A stretch of DNA of 64,000 bases from Candidatus Uhrbacteria bacterium. GTDB lineage: Bacteria; Patescibacteriota; Patescibacteriia; UBA9934; GWF2-40-263. The notes under the pieces were generated by a model. It saw nothing but the letters and a program-made list of their open reading frames with translations, was not told the DNA's origin and searched no databases. Shown one piece after another: positions 49,672 through 57,984 of the stretch. Location of the stretch: NCBI GenBank assembly GCA_016188425.1, contig JACPHX010000009.1:3582-67581 (forward strand), read 5' to 3'. The position numbers and the translations under genes were made by a program. Every line of letters starts with the position of its first letter. The stretch's first letter is position 1.

Positions 49672-50295
49672 ATGTGGAAAGACAGAAGCGAGGCAGCACA
49701 AGAATTGGTTACACGCTTGAAACAACTCGCCCTCCCCTTCGATATCGTTCTTGCCCTCCCCCGTGGCGGGGTCATTCTTGGAGCGATCATTGCTCGCGCG
49801 TTCAAGAAACCCCTTGATTTGTTGATCCCCCGTAAAATAGGCGCGCCGTCCAATGAAGAATACGCCATCGGCGCGGTCACGGAAGAAGGGATCGCCGTTT
49901 GGAACGAAGAAGAGAAGGCCTCAGTGGATCCTTCCTGGCTTGAACACATGGTTGCGAAACAGCGTGCGGAAGCAACGCGCCGCCGATTGACATATCTGGG
50001 GAGCGCCCATCGCCGAGATCTCCGCGGGAAAAGCATTCTTATTGTCGATGACGGCATCGCGACCGGCCTCACCATGATGGCCGCGATCGCGGAAGCGCGG
50101 CAGCTCCAAGCCGGAAAAATTCTTCTCGCGATCCCCGTTGCACCGCCAGACACCCTTGAACGAATCCGCCCGGACGTCGAGGGCGTCGCGGTTCTTTCTG
50201 CCCCCGCATCGTTTGGCGCCGTCGGGGCGTTTTACGAAAATTTTCCGCAAGTAACCGATGCGGAAGTCATTTCTCTTTTGAAAGAATTTTTATGA
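49672..50295 (+). CDS. Phosphoribosyltransferase-domain protein (COG1926-like)
   Basis: 207 aa with the PRPP-binding motif SILIVDDGIATGLTM. Confidence 0.75.
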   Translation: MWKDRSEAAQELVTRLKQLALPFDIVLALPRGGVILGAIIARAFKKPLDLLIPRKIGAPSNEEYAIGAVTEEGIAVWNEEEKASVDPSWLEHMVAKQRAEATRRRLTYLGSAHRRDLRGKSILIVDDGIATGLTMMAAIAEARQLQAGKILLAIPVAPPDTLERIRPDVEGVAVLSAPASFGAVGAFYENFPQVTDAEVISLLKEFL

Positions 50296-51134
50296 TCACC
50301 TTCGTCTCCTCCTTCAGCGCCCCGTTCACGACGCTCGCGAGCGGCGCGTACTCGCTCGCGCATTTTGCCGACGGCGAGCCTGCGTATCGGTTATCTACCG
50401 TCGTCAAAGACGAACCCGTTCGCCTGATTGCCAGTGTGACAGCAGACCCCGCCTCCTTCTTTGAGCTCTTGAGCCTGCATCAACTGTTACAAGACGGCGG
50501 CGCGCCATCGATTCAAATCGTCATCCCCTACCTTTGTTTTTCTCGGCTGGACAAACGTACGAAAACAGGAGAAGCGCGCCTGGGGATCATGGTCGCCAGG
50601 CAGATCAAAGCAACCAAGGCGCATCTGGTCGTTCTGGACGTCCACAGCCCCCGCATCCTCCGCGCGCTCGGGCAACGAGCAGAAGAAATCACCGCGATCC
50701 CCTTGCTCGCCAAGAGCATCGGCGATAGCGGCCCCGTTGATGTGGTCGTCGCTCCAGATAAGGGAGCGCGAGATCGCGCAAAGCGCTTTGCAGACGCCCT
50801 TGGGTCTTCCCCACGCCTCGCGTTCATTTCAAAGAAACGTCCAGCGGCGAATGTCGCGAAAGCCACACGGTTGGTCGGGGACGTACAGGGGAGTCGTTGC
50901 GTCATTGTCGATGACATGATCGACACAGGCGGAACGATCGCAGAAGCGGTTCGCCTCCTGCGCGCCCATGGCTCCGCCAGCATCCGGATTGCCGCCACCC
51001 ACGGAATTTTCTCCGCCGGGGCGAGAGAGAAGCTTGCCGCGCTCCCGGTAGAGCAGATCATCGTCACCAACTCGCTCCCGCAGACACCACACCAGAGGAT
51101 CCGGGTCGTCGACGCCACAACGCTTCTTTCCTAA
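50292..51134 (+). CDS. prs: Ribose-phosphate pyrophosphokinase (PRPP synthetase)-like
   Basis: 280 aa with FADGEPAYRL, IVIPYLCFSRLDKR and CVIVDDMIDTGGT (PRPP-binding loop). 4-nt overlap with the upstream gene. Confidence 0.7.
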   Translation: MITFVSSFSAPFTTLASGAYSLAHFADGEPAYRLSTVVKDEPVRLIASVTADPASFFELLSLHQLLQDGGAPSIQIVIPYLCFSRLDKRTKTGEARLGIMVARQIKATKAHLVVLDVHSPRILRALGQRAEEITAIPLLAKSIGDSGPVDVVVAPDKGARDRAKRFADALGSSPRLAFISKKRPAANVAKATRLVGDVQGSRCVIVDDMIDTGGTIAEAVRLLRAHGSASIRIAATHGIFSAGAREKLAALPVEQIIVTNSLPQTPHQRIRVVDATTLLS

Positions 51135-51148
51135 GTAGTGTCCATTCC

Positions 51149-51724
51149 TTACTTTCCCTGAAGTTCCTTCTGTCTGATTCCGCACCACCCGCGAAAAATC
51201 TTCATCGACGTTCCTGTTTTGCATACAAGCCATCCCGTGAGCATGCCCAGCACGATCCCTCCGAGGATATCCGAGGGGTAGTGTACGCCCCCTGCTACGC
51301 GAGCGAGGCCTATAAGCAGGCCGGACGCATAAAAGAAATACCCGAGACGCCGGTTGAACATCGTGGTGACGGTGGCGAGGGAGAACATGAAAATTGTATG
51401 CCCCGACGGGAACGAGTAGGCGTGGTCGGTGAGGAGGTGTGGGAGGGAGAGAGCAAGGAACGGACGCGGGCGATGGTAATAAAAACGAACAACGGAAATC
51501 ACGCCCAATCGGGCGACAAGCACGGACACGATGGCTAACGCATATGGGCGCAAGGCCGGACGTCCTCCCTTCCTCCAGGCCTTCAGGGCGAACACGGCAA
51601 AAATCAGCATGATCACGAACACAAAATGCTTCCCCAATAAAACAATGATCGCGTCGCCGGCCGTCGAGCGTCCGGCCAAGCCGTGGAGAAAATAGAAGAG
51701 AGAAAGGTCAATCGAGTTGGTCAT
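51149..51724 (-). CDS. PAP2-family phosphatase (BcrC/undecaprenyl-diphosphatase-like)
   Basis: PAP2 motifs KxxxxRxRP (HRPRPF), PSGH and SRVAGGVHYPSD. ATG at 51724. Confidence 0.8.
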   Translation of the reverse strand: MTNSIDLSLFYFLHGLAGRSTAGDAIIVLLGKHFVFVIMLIFAVFALKAWRKGGRPALRPYALAIVSVLVARLGVISVVRFYYHRPRPFLALSLPHLLTDHAYSFPSGHTIFMFSLATVTTMFNRRLGYFFYASGLLIGLARVAGGVHYPSDILGGIVLGMLTGWLVCKTGTSMKIFRGWCGIRQKELQGK

Positions 51725-51940
51725 AACGTCGTTTTCATAACAAGAAAAGTATAGCAAAAAAATCACGAACGCAGTGGCAATGCGGCATTTCTCCCTCTCT
51801 CAATTGAGCCAAAAATCACGCCGCTGTGTTAAGCGTATTTAGCTTTGTTTAGCAAATTTTTTGAGACGCTGGCCGTTGACAATTTGGTCAAAATATGGTA
51901 CCCTGTGGCGTCGACTGCAAAGAGCGGTCGTTTTATTTCT

Positions 51941-52537
51941 ATGACCAATCAGAGCCCTACCCCTTATTCCCTGACCATCAACTCTATGAAGAACGCATTT
52001 GCGCCCCTCATGCTCGCTTCGATGGTCTTGGGCTTTCCTGCCTATGCGCAGGCCTCCCCCGACGAAATCCAAATCGGCGTCTTTTCCACCCTTCCAATTG
52101 TGGAAGCGGTAGAGGAAACCCCGGTCGCGGAACAGCCAACCCCTACCGTCCAGGAGGTCTTGCTCTTGGTGTGTGAGGAAAAGGGCTATGGCGAGGATTG
52201 TGGAAAAACGCTCTTGGGCATGCTCTGGAACGAGTCGTCCAACCGGGCCACCGTCATCGGCGACCGCGGCGCGGCGCGCGGCTACTTCCAGATCCACTAC
52301 AAGCTCCACAAGATCACCGCCGCCTGTGCCGAAGACCTTGTGTGTTCTGCCCGCTGGTCGCTTGCCTACTTGGAGCGCAACCAATACCCTAAGTACAAGA
52401 ACTACGCGATCCAATGCCATAACAGCTGTAACGTGAAAAACGGCTACGCGGCCAAGGCGGTTCGCCACGGAAACTACTTCTGGGACAAGCCCCTTGCGAT
52501 CACCCAGCCGGCACCCATCGTACTGGCGGTGAAATAA
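51941..52537 (+). CDS. Secreted lysozyme-like / lytic-transglycosylase (SLT)-like protein
   Basis: Signal peptide MKNAFAPLMLASMVLGFPAYAQA. An alternative start is at the internal ATG 51986 (MKNAF), where the signal peptide begins. SLT-type catalytic arrangement WNESS…GDRGAARGYFQI. The antisense 233-aa ORF is junk. Confidence 0.55.
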   Translation: MTNQSPTPYSLTINSMKNAFAPLMLASMVLGFPAYAQASPDEIQIGVFSTLPIVEAVEETPVAEQPTPTVQEVLLLVCEEKGYGEDCGKTLLGMLWNESSNRATVIGDRGAARGYFQIHYKLHKITAACAEDLVCSARWSLAYLERNQYPKYKNYAIQCHNSCNVKNGYAAKAVRHGNYFWDKPLAITQPAPIVLAVK

Positions 52538-52544
52538 CAAGAAG

Positions 52545-52570
52545 GACCCGCAGAGCGCGGGTCTTTTTGT
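52545..52570 (+). terminator. Intrinsic terminator
   Basis: Stem gacccgc/gcgggtc (52545-52551 / 52557-52563), loop agagc, then TTTTTGTTTG. Confidence 0.75.
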
Positions 52571-52609
52571 TTGTGGAAGGTCAAACCACCAATCGCCCTC
52601 TCTCCCTTT

Positions 52610-53101
52610 CTATTTTAAATAACTTTCCCCTCTCACATAGTGGCACGTATACCCTCCCGGATTCTTCTGCAGGTAATCCTGATGGTACCCCTCGGCCACA
52701 TGGAACTCCTCCAATGGTTCCAGCAACGTCGCCACTGGATGTTTCCATCGACCGGACCTATTCACCCTTTCAATGAAGTTCTCCGCCTCTTTCTTTTCCT
52801 CATCATTCCCATAAAAGATCGAGGAGCGATACGACGTGCCGACATCGTTCCCCTGCCGGTTCCGCGTCGTCGGGTCGTGGATGCGGAAAAAGAAGTCGAG
52901 GATGGCACGGTACGTCGTCTTTCCTGGATCGTATTCAATCTGGATCGCCTCGGCGTGGCCTGGATGGTTTTCGTAAGTCGGATCCGCATTTTCTCCGCCG
53001 GCATAGCCGACCTCGGTATTCACGACGCCGGGCAGCGCGCGGAACAACTCCTCCATTCCCCAGAAACATCCGCCGGAAAGCACGGCTTTTTTTGTGGCCA
53101 T
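52610..53101 (-). CDS. msrA: Peptide methionine sulfoxide reductase A
   Basis: 163 aa with the GCFWG active site ([12 protein letters not shown]) and conserved MsrA blocks. Confidence 0.95.
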   Translation of the reverse strand: MATKKAVLSGGCFWGMEELFRALPGVVNTEVGYAGGENADPTYENHPGHAEAIQIEYDPGKTTYRAILDFFFRIHDPTTRNRQGNDVGTSYRSSIFYGNDEEKKEAENFIERVNRSGRWKHPVATLLEPLEEFHVAEGYHQDYLQKNPGGYTCHYVRGESYLK

Positions 53102-53189
53102 ATATCCGATGAGTTCATCAGATATTTATGGTACCTCAAACCTCTCGACGTTCCCAGAAGATCTGTCTCCTCGTTCCCTGGAACGACTA

Positions 53190-53217
53190 TCACAAACCGC
53201 CCCCTTGCGAGGGCGGT
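53190..53217. terminator. Stable hairpin between the giant surface-protein gene and msrA (putative terminator/attenuator)
   Basis: 10-bp perfect stem caaaccgccc/gggcggtttg with an 8-nt loop. No clear U-run on the minus strand. Confidence 0.35.
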
Positions 53218-53229
53218 TTGCAGGGAATC

Positions 53230-56200
53230 CTAGAGGCCGAAAATCGTCTCTATCTGCGCCCGAAGCTGCGGGCCGTTCTGCGATCCTTGGATCATGCCGA
53301 CAAGGCGGTGATCCGCATCGAGGAAGTAGAATTGCGGCAAGCTCATCACGCGATACGCATCGTAGAAATCGTCGCCGACCTTGTAGACCGGGAGCGAATA
53401 GGAGCCGCGGCGCACCTGGGACCAGCTGACATTGATAGGATCCAGGGTGCTGACGGGCAACAGGACGATGTCCGGGTACTGGTCGATCAGGTCTGCGAAC
53501 GCCGTCATCTGCTCCATGGAGAGCGTATTCCAGGCGCTGTAGGCCATCACGACGGATCTCTTGCCGGCGGCCGCGCTATACAGCGAGCGCGTCTCGCGGT
53601 CCACGGATGTCAAAGAAATATCGGGCATCTGCGTTCCAAGAGGAATCGCGACTTGCGATTCTGCGGCCGCCACATTGAGCGCGAAGTTGTCCGGCGCCTG
53701 GATCAGGCCGAAACGGGAGAACAGGTTGTGCCAGAATCCTTGATTTGATTCCATGACGATATCTGCCGTCACGACGCTTCGAGTCGGTATCGTGGTGATC
53801 GAAGAGGTGATGGTGCGGTGGCCAGCATGGGAAACCTCCAGATAGAACTCTCCGGGAGGAAGCACGAGCGAGAAATTCCCGCTGACAAGGAAAGGATTCA
53901 TTTGTCCGTAGGATGCCCCGTTCCAGATGTCGAATGAACCGTCGTTCCCGCGCTCATACGCCGTCACGGTCACATCGGAAATGAATTCCTTCGTCTGTTC
54001 ATCCGAAATGGTTCCGTCGGTAATAACCAGGACGCCGTTGATCGGCCGCTGGTAATCCCGGACGCCGTTTGAGAAGCTCGCGGTGAGCTCATGCATTCCG
54101 GTTTCTTCGAAGGAGATGTCTCCGACCCATAGGTGCAGGTCGCGGTCGAAGGTGAGGGGGAACTCCCGCCGTTCGGAGGCGCCGATAATCATGGCCTCCG
54201 TCGCTCCAGGTGTCCCCTCCAAGAAAATCGTCCCGCCTTCCCCCTCCTGCAGATGAACCGTCCCATCGCCATCCAGCGGAGAAGCCTGCGCACCCAGCGT
54301 CGTAATTTCGTTTGCCCCTATGATAAGGCCGGCATCAAGGGTGAAAGGACAAGCACTGGAAGTGGTAATCGTCCCATCGATATCAACCGCGCGGACGAGC
54401 GCCGAGTAGAAGCCGGAGGGGATCGTTGTGAAGGTCAGGTTGTATCCTCCCGCGTCGGTGCCAAGACCGAAGACGGTTGGAACAGGGATCCAGCTTAACC
54501 CGCCGTTGAGCGAATAATCGACGGTGGAAATATTGCCTGCCGACGCGTTCACAAACCCTCCGATCGTGATAGGCAAGGCGTCATACACCGTAAAACACCC
54601 GAAGGTCCAGTCGATCGCGGTGGGGGTTGGGGGCGGTGGCGGTTCCGGGGCTGCAAGGAAAGCGAACGGAACGATCAGAGGTTCAATCGGCGGCTGTTCT
54701 GGTATGGGCGGGGGTGGGGGCTGTTCTCCTCCTCCGCCTCCTCCTCCGCCTCCTCCGCCTCCTCCTCCTCCGCCATCACCTCCGCCTCCGCCTCCTCGGC
54801 GCCGTACTTGAATGGTGACGGTGGCCGTATCGCAGAGATCATTGGTATCGCAGATTTGGTAGACAAAGGTGTCATCGCCGACAAAGCCGTTGTTTGGCGT
54901 GTAGGTAATCACTCCGGTCTCTTCATCGATAGCGGTAATCGTGCCGTTGCCGGGAGGGGTGATAATCGTGATGGAACCAAGAACCAATTCCCCATCGACT
55001 CCCTCATCGTTCGCCGGCACATCTATATCGACCGGCGTATTGCGATTCGTGACGGCCGAATCGTCGTTGGCCACCGGAGGAGCAAGCTCTCCGACGGTGA
55101 TCGTCACCACCGCGGTGTCGCACAGCCCGTCATCGTCGCACACTTCGTAGGTAAACGTGTCGGTGCCGGTGAACCCTTCTCCCGGCGTATAGGTCGCGAC
55201 GCCCGTTTCCGGATCGATGGTTACCTCTCCGTTGGTGGGAGGATCCGTGACCGTCACGGTCGAAGGGACAAGGAGCCCGTCAAGATCCGAGTCGTTCTCC
55301 AAAAGATCGATCTCGACGGGGACGTCGACGGTGGTGCTTGCTCCGTCATCGCCCGCGATGGGCGGAGCGAGGACGGTAATGGTCACCAAGGCCTGGTCGC
55401 ACAAATCGGTGGTATCGCAGACCTCGTAGACAAAGGTGTCTACGCCGTAGAATCCTTCATCCGGCGTGTAGGTGACGGCGCCTGTTTCCGGATCGACTGA
55501 TACTTCCCCGTCGGTGGGTGGCGTCACGATCGCTACCGAGGCCGGGTCGAGATTCCCGTCTTCATCGGTGTCATTGTCCAAGATGTCGATCACCACCTGG
55601 GTATCCATGGTGGTCGTGGCTGCATCGTCGTTGGCAACCGGCGGATTTTCTTCCGGCGTAAACACGCAGTCCTCCGGCGTGATCTCTTCATCGCCATTCA
55701 AATCCGTAATCGGGATGATGTCTCCCTCGTGGTTGCCGTGGTCGTTGTTTCCTTCCCCGTCAACCGCGCTCGCGTCAACCGTCAGCACGGTGAAGGGGTT
55801 GTTTTCTGATCCGGTGGCGTGACAAATGGTGACCTGGTCATCGCCCCCCAGGACGAGAATCGTTACCTCCGCGGTATCGCATAGGGTATCGGTATCGCAA
55901 ATCTGGTAGACAAAGGAATCGGAGCCGATGAAATCCACATCCGGATCATAGGTAATTTCCCCGGAGACGGGGTTGATGCTGACGATGGACCCGTTGCTCG
56001 GCGGCGTGATGATGGTGACAGATGCAAGATCCAGGTTTCCATCGGGATCCGTGTCGTTCTCCGGCACGTCAACCGCCACCGGCTGGTTCACCATGGTGAA
56101 GGTCGAGTCATCGACGGCGACCGGCGGCTGGTTCTCTTCGGGCGGGATATAGACACAATCGTCCTCATCGACCACCTCGTCGCCATTCAAATCGGCAATA

Positions 56201-57972
56201 GGGATAATATCCCCCTCATGGTTGCCGTGGTCGTTGTTTCCTATGCCATCCACCGCGCTCGCGTCAACGGTGAGCACGGTGTAGGGATTTTGTTCCGAGC
56301 CGGTGGCGTGACAAATGGTCACGTTGTCCTCGCCTCCAAGAACCAGAATCGAGACTTCGGCCGTATCACAGAGGGAATCCGTGTCGCAAATCTGGTAGAC
56401 GAATGCGTCGGAGCCGATAAAGTCCGTGTCTGGCGTATAGGTGGCCTCACCTGTTTCTGGGTTCACTGATACCCCTCCATTGGAGGGAGGGGTGATAATC
56501 GTGACGGATGCCAAATCCAAATTCCCGTCAAAATCCGTATCGTTGCCTGGAACGTCGATATCGACGGGGGTATTCACGAAACTAAACGCTGCATTGTCGA
56601 CGGCATCGGGCGGTTGGTTCCCCTGGGGCGGAACGTAGACGCAGTCGTCCGCATCGATATTTTCATCGCCGTCCAAATCTGTAATGGGAATAATGTCCCC
56701 TTCGTGGTTGGCGTGGTCGTTGTTGCCTTCGCCATCCACCGCGCTTGCGTCAACGGTAATGACGGTGTACGGGTTGCTTTGGGATCCGGTCGCGTGGCAA
56801 ATAGTCACTTTGTCATCCGATCCCAATACATCGATGGTAACGGTCGCCGTGTCACAGGCGCCGTCTTGGTCGCACACCTCATAGGTAAAGGAATCAGATC
56901 CCACAAAATCCGCGGCCGGGGCATAGGTAATTTCCCCCGTGGCTTCATTGATATTCGTAATGATGCCGTTGGTGGGAGGAACCGTAATGGCTACCGAACC
57001 GGCATCCAGCTCCCCTTCCGGATCCACGTCGTTGTCAAGGATATCGATGACGACCGGCGTATTGACCGCCGTAGCAGCCGCGTCGTCATTGGCAGTTGGC
57101 GGCAGGTTCTCATCCGGAACATAGGTGCAATCTTCCTCGGTAATGTCTCCGTCGCCATTGGCATCGCCAATCGGAATGATGTCCCCAAAGGCATGCTGCT
57201 CGTCGACGATATGCTGGGTATGGTCGTTGTTCCCCTCGCCGTCGACCGCATCCGCATCAACTGTTATGACGACGTACGGATTCGCGTCGGAGTTCGTCCG
57301 ATGGCAGATGGTTACCTGGGGGTCTTCCTCTTGGTGGTTGGCAGCGACCAAAAACGATTGGGTTGCCAAGGCATCGAAACGGCTGGTCTGCACCCGCGTT
57401 TCCTGCGCCGTTTGCTGGGTAATCCGTCCTTTAGACAGCATGGCGATGGATGTCAGCGTTGGAATGCTTCGCGGTCCGCTGGTAAGGGACAGGCGCAGCT
57501 TGATGCTGTCGCTGGCAAGCGGGAGGCTGCCGATATGCGCATTGACTTCCTCTACTTTATTCCAGCAAGTGGAACAATTGTTTGCTTGCGTCCACTTCAG
57601 CCCGTCGTACCAGTACCAATAGGTAAAGTCTGAGGTCAGCTGGTACCCGATGGATGACCCGGCTCCCACAGAGGCCTGTTGGGCAAACCCGACGAGCGAT
57701 GCTTCTTCCGGCAGCCGGAGGTCTTCTAAGTAGACGACCTCTTCTGTGGCGTTATTGCGAACCGGGCGCACACCATCGCTGTCCATGACGACGCTCGTTA
57801 CATCGTAGGAGAAATGGCTTGGCTCGGTTGTTTTGACGGTAAAGGCACGCGCCCCTATCTCGCTGCCGCTGCGCGTTAAGAGGAAGACGGAGATGCCCAG
57901 CACCGCAAGGAACCCCGCCAGGAGCTTGAGGCCAGCGCCCCCTTGCGATTTTCGTGGAGAATATGACGTCAT
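53230..57972 (-). CDS. Giant (1580 aa) surface protein: four [Cys/His module + cadherin-like/VCBS-type beta-sandwich] units, two extra cadherin-like domains, a poly-Gly/poly-Pro linker and a C-terminal Cys-less thioredoxin-fold domain
   Basis: N-terminal signal anchor. VTICHATGSxxNPYTV.TVDASAVDGEGNNDH.NHEGDIIPI modules repeat 4 times. Cadherin-like units A.DD…NTPV.IDVL.ND.D.DG.L…GSDSFVY.VCDT…CDTA.VTI repeat 6 times. Then G22…P5…P5 and a C-terminus …SLPQFYFLDADHRLVGMIQG. Confidence 0.85.
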   Translation of the reverse strand: MTSYSPRKSQGGAGLKLLAGFLAVLGISVFLLTRSGSEIGARAFTVKTTEPSHFSYDVTSVVMDSDGVRPVRNNATEEVVYLEDLRLPEEASLVGFAQQASVGAGSSIGYQLTSDFTYWYWYDGLKWTQANNCSTCWNKVEEVNAHIGSLPLASDSIKLRLSLTSGPRSIPTLTSIAMLSKGRITQQTAQETRVQTSRFDALATQSFLVAANHQEEDPQVTICHRTNSDANPYVVITVDADAVDGEGNNDHTQHIVDEQHAFGDIIPIGDANGDGDITEEDCTYVPDENLPPTANDDAAATAVNTPVVIDILDNDVDPEGELDAGSVAITVPPTNGIITNINEATGEITYAPAADFVGSDSFTYEVCDQDGACDTATVTIDVLGSDDKVTICHATGSQSNPYTVITVDASAVDGEGNNDHANHEGDIIPITDLDGDENIDADDCVYVPPQGNQPPDAVDNAAFSFVNTPVDIDVPGNDTDFDGNLDLASVTIITPPSNGGVSVNPETGEATYTPDTDFIGSDAFVYQICDTDSLCDTAEVSILVLGGEDNVTICHATGSEQNPYTVLTVDASAVDGIGNNDHGNHEGDIIPIADLNGDEVVDEDDCVYIPPEENQPPVAVDDSTFTMVNQPVAVDVPENDTDPDGNLDLASVTIITPPSNGSIVSINPVSGEITYDPDVDFIGSDSFVYQICDTDTLCDTAEVTILVLGGDDQVTICHATGSENNPFTVLTVDASAVDGEGNNDHGNHEGDIIPITDLNGDEEITPEDCVFTPEENPPVANDDAATTTMDTQVVIDILDNDTDEDGNLDPASVAIVTPPTDGEVSVDPETGAVTYTPDEGFYGVDTFVYEVCDTTDLCDQALVTITVLAPPIAGDDGASTTVDVPVEIDLLENDSDLDGLLVPSTVTVTDPPTNGEVTIDPETGVATYTPGEGFTGTDTFTYEVCDDDGLCDTAVVTITVGELAPPVANDDSAVTNRNTPVDIDVPANDEGVDGELVLGSITIITPPGNGTITAIDEETGVITYTPNNGFVGDDTFVYQICDTNDLCDTATVTIQVRRRGGGGGGDGGGGGGGGGGGGGGGGEQPPPPPIPEQPPIEPLIVPFAFLAAPEPPPPPTPTAIDWTFGCFTVYDALPITIGGFVNASAGNISTVDYSLNGGLSWIPVPTVFGLGTDAGGYNLTFTTIPSGFYSALVRAVDIDGTITTSSACPFTLDAGLIIGANEITTLGAQASPLDGDGTVHLQEGEGGTIFLEGTPGATEAMIIGASERREFPLTFDRDLHLWVGDISFEETGMHELTASFSNGVRDYQRPINGVLVITDGTISDEQTKEFISDVTVTAYERGNDGSFDIWNGASYGQMNPFLVSGNFSLVLPPGEFYLEVSHAGHRTITSSITTIPTRSVVTADIVMESNQGFWHNLFSRFGLIQAPDNFALNVAAAESQVAIPLGTQMPDISLTSVDRETRSLYSAAAGKRSVVMAYSAWNTLSMEQMTAFADLIDQYPDIVLLPVSTLDPINVSWSQVRRGSYSLPVYKVGDDFYDAYRVMSLPQFYFLDADHRLVGMIQGSQNGPQLRAQIETIFGL

Positions 57973-57984
57973 AGGTGGTGGGGA

